A program made the position numbers and the translations under genes. Below the pieces are notes generated by a model. The model saw nothing but the letters and a program-made list of their open reading frames with translations. It searched no databases and was not told the origin of the DNA. Positions 56,619 through 64,000 of a stretch of DNA of 64,000 nucleotides are shown here, piece by piece; position 1 is the first letter of the stretch, and the number at the start of each line of letters is the position of its first letter. Where the stretch lies: assembly GCA_000004985.1 (NCBI GenBank), contig GG738858.1. One strand, given 5' to 3'. This stretch comes from Naegleria gruberi. Its lineage: Eukaryota.

Positions 56619-57563
56619 ATGCAAGAACAATTATTTTCTGAAAAATTAAGTCACATTAAAAACATTATAATAGTATTATCAGGTAAAGGAGGAGTTGGTA
56701 AATCAACAGTTTCATGTCAATTAGCATTAACATTAGCAAATATGAAATATAAAGTTGGTATTTTAGATGTTGATATTTGTGGTCCATCTGTACCTGGTAT
56801 TTTAGGTGTTTCAAATAAGGAAATTGTTCAATCACAAGATGGTTGGTTACCTGTTGATATTGATATTATTCATAATAATAATATTAATCAATTAAATCAA
56901 TTAAATCAATTAAATGATAATACTAATCAATCTAATCAATTAAATGATAATATTAATCAATTAAATGATAATACAAATCAATTAAATGATATTAATAATA
57001 ATAACAATATTACTAAAAATGGAGAATTAAAATGTATGAGTATTGGATTTTTATTAAAAAATAAAGATGATGCAGTGATATGGAGAGGACCTAAAAAGAA
57101 TTCCATGATTAAACAATTTATTCAAGATGTTTGTTGGAAAGAATTAGATTTTCTAATTATAGATACACCACCTGGTACATCAGATGAACATATTACACTT
57201 GCAGAATTATTAAGAGATTTTAAAAATATTAATTCAATTATTGTAACAACTCCACAAAATGTTTCAACTATTGATGTTAGTAGAGAAATTAATTTTTGTA
57301 AAAAGTTAAATATTCCAATTAGAGGTATTATTGAAAATATGAGTGGTTATGTTTGTCCATGTTGTAAAGAAATTACTTTTATTTTTGGTAGTGGTGGTGG
57401 TCAAAAATTATCAAATGAATATAATATTCCATTTTTAGGAAGTATTCCTATTGAACCTGAATTGGCAAATGCTGAAGATAATGGTATTAATTATATTAAG
57501 AATTTTTCAAATTCTGTTACATCTATGCAATTTACAAATATTGTTAATATTATTTTAAATTAA
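56619..57563 (+). CDS. nubp2: Cytosolic Fe-S cluster assembly factor NUBP2/Cfd1 (Mrp/NBP35 P-loop ATPase) with an N/Q-rich repeat insertion.
   Basis: The ATG at 56619 is inside the longer TTG-initiated ORF 56442... The sequence IIIVLSGKGGVGKSTVSCQLALTLA...VGILDVDICGPSVP...CMSIGFLL...AVIWRGPKKNSMIKQF...DFLIIDTPPGTSDEH...ENMSGYVCPCCKEITFIFGSGGG matches human NUBP2. An inserted (NQLND)n tract lies between conserved blocks. Confidence 0.8.
   Translation: MQEQLFSEKLSHIKNIIIVLSGKGGVGKSTVSCQLALTLANMKYKVGILDVDICGPSVPGILGVSNKEIVQSQDGWLPVDIDIIHNNNINQLNQLNQLNDNTNQSNQLNDNINQLNDNTNQLNDINNNNNITKNGELKCMSIGFLLKNKDDAVIWRGPKKNSMIKQFIQDVCWKELDFLIIDTPPGTSDEHITLAELLRDFKNINSIIVTTPQNVSTIDVSREINFCKKLNIPIRGIIENMSGYVCPCCKEITFIFGSGGGQKLSNEYNIPFLGSIPIEPELANAEDNGINYIKNFSNSVTSMQFTNIVNIILN
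56880..56995. repeat. Imperfect tandem repeat of about 15-18 bp (AATCAATTAAATGATAAT units) encoding an NQLND repeat inside the NUBP2 coding sequence.
   Basis: Repeated copies of aatcaattaaat / gataatactaatcaa are visible directly in the sequence. Confidence 0.6.
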
Positions 57564-57910
57564 TTAATAAATATTTAATAAAATATATTTAATTTTTGTA
57601 ATAAAAATTTAATCTGTATCAAATTGAAGAAATAATAATTCATTTGAAATGATAAAACTGCAGTGACCACTTCAAGGTTTTTTCACAGCAATCACCTTCC
57701 ATGATACTTGTCTGCAGCATTCACCAACAACTTGGCGAAATGATTATTTGATTGCAGTGTGATTGCTATCAAAAAAAAGTGAAATGGTCAACTGTTCAAA
57801 AATTATTGGAATAAAGTATTTTTAACTTTTGGTTACAAATTATTGTTAAAGATTAAATAGAAATAAATATTTTAACTGAACTACATTGAATCAAAATTGT
57901 TTTTTTTTAT

Positions 57911-59011
57911 TTACATTGAAATACCCATTGAAAAATTAATTAAAGCCATAACATCATCAGTATTAACAGGTGAAGGTTGAGCATAATTTGAATTTGTCAA
58001 TGTTAATTCTTGTGTTGATACTTTGAGATTCTTCTTTTTAGTAGCAACACCACTTGTTGTATTACCAAATGTCATCTTTGAAGATGAAATTAAACTTGAT
58101 GGAGTTGAAGTTGTTTGGAAATTCATTGAAGTATTTAAAACAACTGAATCAACAATTGTTTTACTCTTCTTGGCTGTATTAACATTGGAAGAAGATCTCT
58201 TTCTCTTTGTTGTTGTTGTTGAAGTAGCAACAGGCACTGGTTGACTTGAAAGTAATAAATTAGAATGAAGTAATGAAGGAATCATATTAGTAATGGTTGC
58301 TTCAAATGAATTAGTTGATTGTTGTTGTGGAGTAGTAACTGAAATAGTTGGAATAACAACTGCAGGATCTTCTTGTTTAGTAGTAGTTGTAGTAGTAGTT
58401 GCATTAGATTTAGATCTCTTTCTCTTTGTAGTTGAAGTAGTTGAAGAGTTGTTATTTGAATTCTTTTGACTCTTCTTATATAAATACAAATCATGGAAGT
58501 AGTGATAATTACAGACCCAATTGAAACCCTTATTCATATAATCAACTTTAAAATCAGAATCTTTACATGTTCTCAATGAAAATCTTAATCTATTACTTAT
58601 GGCATGATCACAACCTTTCAAACAACATAATGTTTGTGTTGGTCCATTAGCAATATCAATATCATCAACAGCATCACCAGTTGTAGCATTTGTAGTATTA
58701 GCAGTATTGGAAGTATTAGAAGTCAAAGTTGAATGAGATGCAATTGGAGTACGTGATGAATTAGTTCTCTTCTTTCTTCTTCCAGTTGAACTAGTTGTAG
58801 TAATGGTACAAGTTTTAATTGGAGTTGGTTCTTCATAATCTTCATCAATCATATTACTAATATCTTCATCTGATGAACCATCTGATGATTCTTGAACATA
58901 ATCTTCATCTTTATCTTTAGAATCAACAAGAGGTGATGAATCTTCTTCAATCATTTCTTGTTTTGTTGTAATTTGTTGTTGTTGTTGTTGGATTAAATAA
59001 TTTAGAATCAA
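57911..59011 (-). CDS. S/T/N/Q-rich low-complexity protein with a Cys/His-rich (zinc-finger-like) domain.
   Basis: The 366-aa ORF has a TTG first codon and its first ATG at about 58954. It has T/S homopolymer runs and an acidic N-terminus. The Cys/His block is CCLKGCDHAISNRLRFSLRTCKDSDFKVDYMNKGFNWVCNYHYFH. Confidence 0.4.
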   Translation of the reverse strand: MILNYLIQQQQQQITTKQEMIEEDSSPLVDSKDKDEDYVQESSDGSSDEDISNMIDEDYEEPTPIKTCTITTTSSTGRRKKRTNSSRTPIASHSTLTSNTSNTANTTNATTGDAVDDIDIANGPTQTLCCLKGCDHAISNRLRFSLRTCKDSDFKVDYMNKGFNWVCNYHYFHDLYLYKKSQKNSNNNSSTTSTTKRKRSKSNATTTTTTTKQEDPAVVIPTISVTTPQQQSTNSFEATITNMIPSLLHSNLLLSSQPVPVATSTTTTKRKRSSSNVNTAKKSKTIVDSVVLNTSMNFQTTSTPSSLISSSKMTFGNTTSGVATKKKNLKVSTQELTLTNSNYAQPSPVNTDDVMALINFSMGISM

Positions 59012-59092
59012 TAGTTCTAATTGGAGTAATTGGTAATTGACTCATTGATTGTAATATATTATTATTAGAAGTAGTTGGTGTCATACTAGTAG

Positions 59093-59572
59093 TTAAATTG
59101 TTAGATGTAATTGTACAAGTTGTACCTGTACCTGTATTATTATTATAAGTATTGGTGGTTGTGGATTGAATAGTCTTATTTGATAAGATAATGAAGATGG
59201 AATTGGAGAATCATGAATAGTAAGTGGTGGTGGAATGACAATATCATCATTATCACTTTCATCATCTGCCATTGAAAGTGATTGAATTCTTAATAAATGA
59301 ATTTGTTGTTCATTATTCATTGATTGTTCATATTGTTGTTGATATTGTTGATTTCTTTTATAAATCTTTCTAGTTCTTTTAGGTGATGATAATATTGATG
59401 ATTCATTAGTTGTTGTTGTTGTTGTAGATGATTGGAAATCACTTGTTGATCCTTGCATTAATACAATTGATTCATTTAATGTTTCATTACAATTAAGATG
59501 ATCAATTGTTGGTTGACTTGATTCGGAAGTTTGTAATGGTGATGAACATCTTGTTAAAATTACTTTCTTCAT
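59093..59572 (-). CDS. S/T/Q-rich hypothetical protein; possibly the 5' part of the gene at 57911..59011.
   Basis: The 159-aa ORF has a true ATG at 59572. It lies directly upstream of, and on the same strand as, the 57911..59011 ORF. The two are separated by about 80 nt containing stops in the joining frames, and no phase-compatible splice was found. Confidence 0.35.
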   Translation of the reverse strand: MKKVILTRCSSPLQTSESSQPTIDHLNCNETLNESIVLMQGSTSDFQSSTTTTTTNESSILSSPKRTRKIYKRNQQYQQQYEQSMNNEQQIHLLRIQSLSMADDESDNDDIVIPPPLTIHDSPIPSSLSYQIRLFNPQPPILIIIIQVQVQLVQLHLTI

Positions 59573-59836
59573 TCTGAATTGTTAGTTAGTAAGTTGTGGT
59601 AGTTGAATGTTATATTGAGATTGAGATGTGTGATGTTAAACAACAGAAAGTTTAAATTTAGTTGTGTTGTATTTTACAGTTGAGAAGGCTTTGTTTTGTT
59701 TTTTTGTGAATTGATGTGAATTAAAAAGGTGTTTGTATTTATAATGTTCAGTGATTGAATGAACATTATACGCGCCTTAAATTTACACATTGCTCTGTGT
59801 GTGTGATTTTGTATTACTTTCACAGTCGAATCACAC

Positions 59837-59888
59837 AANNNNNNNNNNNNNNNNNNNNNNNNNNNNNNNNNNNNNNNNNNNNNNNNNN
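59837..59888. other. Assembly gap (N run).
   Basis: 52 consecutive n characters. Confidence 0.99.
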
Positions 59889-59959
59889 CTCATGATTTAC
59901 TTTATTGTGAGAATCAAAGCAGAATTGTAACAGTTAGTGATGAAATAAGAATTGCTGAG

Positions 59960-60301
59960 TTGCGAGGAAAAGTATTAAGAGGCAAGGTTTGGAGCTACAG
60001 AAAAGCTGAACGAGATGTTGGTCAATATGTTTATCAAAAAGTTAAATTTGAACCTCCTCTTCCTAAATTCTCTGAAGAGCAAGCTAAAGTTCTCACAAGT
60101 ATTAGTGTATTTGGAGATGTTGAAAATATGATTGGGCACGACAATGACATTACTGAAATACATGTCATTGTTACAAATTCATCACAAAATCTAAAGAGCA
60201 GTATTGAAAATGGCATCTTATTACTAAGAGTTTATTTAGAAAAGGAAACCATCCAAGTAGGAGAATTAGAAGGTGGTAACAAATACCATGGTTTTAATTA
60301 A
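59960..60301 (+). CDS. Hypothetical protein fragment; the 5' end probably lies in or beyond the gap.
   Basis: The 113-aa ORF has a TTG first codon. Its frame is open back to a TGA at 59894, just 3' of the gap, with no ATG. The gene is therefore likely partial, or this is an internal exon. Confidence 0.25.
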   Translation: MRGKVLRGKVWSYRKAERDVGQYVYQKVKFEPPLPKFSEEQAKVLTSISVFGDVENMIGHDNDITEIHVIVTNSSQNLKSSIENGILLLRVYLEKETIQVGELEGGNKYHGFN

Positions 60302-60319
60302 TGTAAATTTATTAAAAAA

Positions 60320-60893
60320 ATGCTTTTAAACAACGATAGTGGTTGCATTTCCCATCAACAAAACGGATTGAAAGGATACTTTAATTTAGAAACATCAAAG
60401 GGAACTATAAGAATTGTTGAAGATTATAACGTCGGAACTTGTGGTTCCAGGCTTTGGTCATCAGCACCTGTTCTTTGCAAATATTTAGAAAAACAAGCCA
60501 ACAAATTAAAACTCCAATCTAAAAACATATTGGAAGTTGGAGCAGGATGTGGCATATCATCAATTTTACTTGCAAAATTAGGATGTAAAAAAGTTGTTAC
60601 TACCGATAGAGAAATTGTTCTTCCGATTTTAAAACAAAATGTTTCTTATAATTGTAGTGATTTATCAATTTGTCAAAATATTTCAGTTGAAGAGCTTGAA
60701 TGGGAATGGGCTAATGAAGATCAAGTGGATAGAATGAAAGAATTTAAAAAGAAAATGTTGGGTGATGAAGAAGGAGTTTTTGATATGATTATTGGATCTG
60801 ATGTTGTCTATGAAGAATTATGCATTGAGCCATTGTTAAAATTATTGAATGCACTTGCAGGAAATGTCACAACCATTTTGATTGCCTATGAAA
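60320..60893 (+). CDS. METTL21/FAM86-like protein-lysine methyltransferase (Methyltransf_16 family). Only the 5' exon is present; it ends at a GTAAGT donor at 60894 and continues into the gap.
   Basis: The ATG at 60320 follows an A-rich leader. The sequence reads GTIRIVEDYNVGTCGSRLWSSAPVLCKYLE...ILEVGAGCGISSILLAKLGCKKVVTTD (SAM motif I)...DMIIGSDVVYEE. The ORF's apparent stop TAG lies inside the GTAAGTAG donor context. Confidence 0.6.
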
Positions 60894-60919
60894 GTAAGTA
60901 GTTGAGTTTTTATTGGAAT

Positions 60920-63900
60920 NNNNNNNNNNNNNNNNNNNNNNNNNNNNNNNNNNNNNNNNNNNNNNNNNNNNNNNNNNNNNNNNNNNNNNNNNNNNNNNNN
61001 NNNNNNNNNNNNNNNNNNNNNNNNNNNNNNNNNNNNNNNNNNNNNNNNNNNNNNNNNNNNNNNNNNNNNNNNNNNNNNNNNNNNNNNNNNNNNNNNNNNN
61101 NNNNNNNNNNNNNNNNNNNNNNNNNNNNNNNNNNNNNNNNNNNNNNNNNNNNNNNNNNNNNNNNNNNNNNNNNNNNNNNNNNNNNNNNNNNNNNNNNNNN
61201 NNNNNNNNNNNNNNNNNNNNNNNNNNNNNNNNNNNNNNNNNNNNNNNNNNNNNNNNNNNNNNNNNNNNNNNNNNNNNNNNNNNNNNNNNNNNNNNNNNNN
61301 NNNNNNNNNNNNNNNNNNNNNNNNNNNNNNNNNNNNNNNNNNNNNNNNNNNNNNNNNNNNNNNNNNNNNNNNNNNNNNNNNNNNNNNNNNNNNNNNNNNN
61401 NNNNNNNNNNNNNNNNNNNNNNNNNNNNNNNNNNNNNNNNNNNNNNNNNNNNNNNNNNNNNNNNNNNNNNNNNNNNNNNNNNNNNNNNNNNNNNNNNNNN
61501 NNNNNNNNNNNNNNNNNNNNNNNNNNNNNNNNNNNNNNNNNNNNNNNNNNNNNNNNNNNNNNNNNNNNNNNNNNNNNNNNNNNNNNNNNNNNNNNNNNNN
61601 NNNNNNNNNNNNNNNNNNNNNNNNNNNNNNNNNNNNNNNNNNNNNNNNNNNNNNNNNNNNNNNNNNNNNNNNNNNNNNNNNNNNNNNNNNNNNNNNNNNN
61701 NNNNNNNNNNNNNNNNNNNNNNNNNNNNNNNNNNNNNNNNNNNNNNNNNNNNNNNNNNNNNNNNNNNNNNNNNNNNNNNNNNNNNNNNNNNNNNNNNNNN
61801 NNNNNNNNNNNNNNNNNNNNNNNNNNNNNNNNNNNNNNNNNNNNNNNNNNNNNNNNNNNNNNNNNNNNNNNNNNNNNNNNNNNNNNNNNNNNNNNNNNNN
61901 NNNNNNNNNNNNNNNNNNNNNNNNNNNNNNNNNNNNNNNNNNNNNNNNNNNNNNNNNNNNNNNNNNNNNNNNNNNNNNNNNNNNNNNNNNNNNNNNNNNN
62001 NNNNNNNNNNNNNNNNNNNNNNNNNNNNNNNNNNNNNNNNNNNNNNNNNNNNNNNNNNNNNNNNNNNNNNNNNNNNNNNNNNNNNNNNNNNNNNNNNNNN
62101 NNNNNNNNNNNNNNNNNNNNNNNNNNNNNNNNNNNNNNNNNNNNNNNNNNNNNNNNNNNNNNNNNNNNNNNNNNNNNNNNNNNNNNNNNNNNNNNNNNNN
62201 NNNNNNNNNNNNNNNNNNNNNNNNNNNNNNNNNNNNNNNNNNNNNNNNNNNNNNNNNNNNNNNNNNNNNNNNNNNNNNNNNNNNNNNNNNNNNNNNNNNN
62301 NNNNNNNNNNNNNNNNNNNNNNNNNNNNNNNNNNNNNNNNNNNNNNNNNNNNNNNNNNNNNNNNNNNNNNNNNNNNNNNNNNNNNNNNNNNNNNNNNNNN
62401 NNNNNNNNNNNNNNNNNNNNNNNNNNNNNNNNNNNNNNNNNNNNNNNNNNNNNNNNNNNNNNNNNNNNNNNNNNNNNNNNNNNNNNNNNNNNNNNNNNNN
62501 NNNNNNNNNNNNNNNNNNNNNNNNNNNNNNNNNNNNNNNNNNNNNNNNNNNNNNNNNNNNNNNNNNNNNNNNNNNNNNNNNNNNNNNNNNNNNNNNNNNN
62601 NNNNNNNNNNNNNNNNNNNNNNNNNNNNNNNNNNNNNNNNNNNNNNNNNNNNNNNNNNNNNNNNNNNNNNNNNNNNNNNNNNNNNNNNNNNNNNNNNNNN
62701 NNNNNNNNNNNNNNNNNNNNNNNNNNNNNNNNNNNNNNNNNNNNNNNNNNNNNNNNNNNNNNNNNNNNNNNNNNNNNNNNNNNNNNNNNNNNNNNNNNNN
62801 NNNNNNNNNNNNNNNNNNNNNNNNNNNNNNNNNNNNNNNNNNNNNNNNNNNNNNNNNNNNNNNNNNNNNNNNNNNNNNNNNNNNNNNNNNNNNNNNNNNN
62901 NNNNNNNNNNNNNNNNNNNNNNNNNNNNNNNNNNNNNNNNNNNNNNNNNNNNNNNNNNNNNNNNNNNNNNNNNNNNNNNNNNNNNNNNNNNNNNNNNNNN
63001 NNNNNNNNNNNNNNNNNNNNNNNNNNNNNNNNNNNNNNNNNNNNNNNNNNNNNNNNNNNNNNNNNNNNNNNNNNNNNNNNNNNNNNNNNNNNNNNNNNNN
63101 NNNNNNNNNNNNNNNNNNNNNNNNNNNNNNNNNNNNNNNNNNNNNNNNNNNNNNNNNNNNNNNNNNNNNNNNNNNNNNNNNNNNNNNNNNNNNNNNNNNN
63201 NNNNNNNNNNNNNNNNNNNNNNNNNNNNNNNNNNNNNNNNNNNNNNNNNNNNNNNNNNNNNNNNNNNNNNNNNNNNNNNNNNNNNNNNNNNNNNNNNNNN
63301 NNNNNNNNNNNNNNNNNNNNNNNNNNNNNNNNNNNNNNNNNNNNNNNNNNNNNNNNNNNNNNNNNNNNNNNNNNNNNNNNNNNNNNNNNNNNNNNNNNNN
63401 NNNNNNNNNNNNNNNNNNNNNNNNNNNNNNNNNNNNNNNNNNNNNNNNNNNNNNNNNNNNNNNNNNNNNNNNNNNNNNNNNNNNNNNNNNNNNNNNNNNN
63501 NNNNNNNNNNNNNNNNNNNNNNNNNNNNNNNNNNNNNNNNNNNNNNNNNNNNNNNNNNNNNNNNNNNNNNNNNNNNNNNNNNNNNNNNNNNNNNNNNNNN
63601 NNNNNNNNNNNNNNNNNNNNNNNNNNNNNNNNNNNNNNNNNNNNNNNNNNNNNNNNNNNNNNNNNNNNNNNNNNNNNNNNNNNNNNNNNNNNNNNNNNNN
63701 NNNNNNNNNNNNNNNNNNNNNNNNNNNNNNNNNNNNNNNNNNNNNNNNNNNNNNNNNNNNNNNNNNNNNNNNNNNNNNNNNNNNNNNNNNNNNNNNNNNN
63801 NNNNNNNNNNNNNNNNNNNNNNNNNNNNNNNNNNNNNNNNNNNNNNNNNNNNNNNNNNNNNNNNNNNNNNNNNNNNNNNNNNNNNNNNNNNNNNNNNNNN

Positions 63901-64000
63901 NNNNNNNNNNNNNNNNNNNNNNNNNNNNNNNNNNNNNNNNNNNNNNNNNNNNNNNNNNNNNNNNNNNNNNNNNNNNNNNNNNNNNNNNNNNNNNNNNNNN
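60920..64000. other. Assembly gap or scaffold end (N run).
   Basis: An uninterrupted run of n to the end of the window. Confidence 0.99.

Noticed and set aside
60920-64000. Long N run considered as a possible feature such as a repeat array or centromere.
   Set aside because: The N run is uniform and is an assembly gap or scaffold end with no sequence information.

Overview
This is eukaryotic nuclear DNA, not prokaryotic. It is very AT-rich, with intergenic DNA and introns at roughly 85-90% AT. Poly-N/Q tracts encoded by AAT/CAA runs, GTAAGT...AG spliceosomal introns, TAA stops and codon usage (AGA, GGT, CCA, TTA) all resemble a dictyostelid-like social amoeba. Genes are tightly packed on both strands, about 45 protein genes in roughly 60 kb, and in places stop codons lie 9 nt apart or overlap. 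Most introns are tiny, 36-60 nt, with a few of 80-212 nt. Recognisable genes include a Prp43/DHX15 helicase, COP9 subunit 3, a CDKL-type kinase, an ABHD17-like hydrolase, an RluA pseudouridine synthase, XRCC1, a cyclic amidohydrolase, an Lgl/tomosyn-like WD40 protein, a dual-specificity phosphatase, Ran, an SDR, AlkB, Arp2, a 7TM receptor, YebC/TACO1, an ELO elongase, ELF1, a GMC oxidoreductase, gamma-glutamylcysteine ligase, Naa15, NUBP2 and a METTL21-like methyltransferase. Two tRNA genes, Gln-TTG and Arg-TCT, lie on the minus strand. Two regions are not ordinary: (1) an apparently intact Tnp2/KDZ (CACTA/EnSpm-like) DNA transposon of about 4.6 kb, carrying an 895-aa transposase and a second spliced ORF, sits between the GCLC and Naa15 genes; (2) a 454-bp MITE with 30-bp terminal inverted repeats is inserted inside a coding sequence at 12607-13060, and its TIR begins with GTAAGT, so it may act as a transposon-derived intron. 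In addition, a roughly 4-kb island at 21.4-25.4 kb with higher GC content carries a bacterial-type C39-like peptidase gene and two intronless ORFs with atypical codon usage. The last ~3.1 kb and a 52-bp stretch are N-run assembly gaps. All coordinates were derived by hand and may be off by 1-2 nt.
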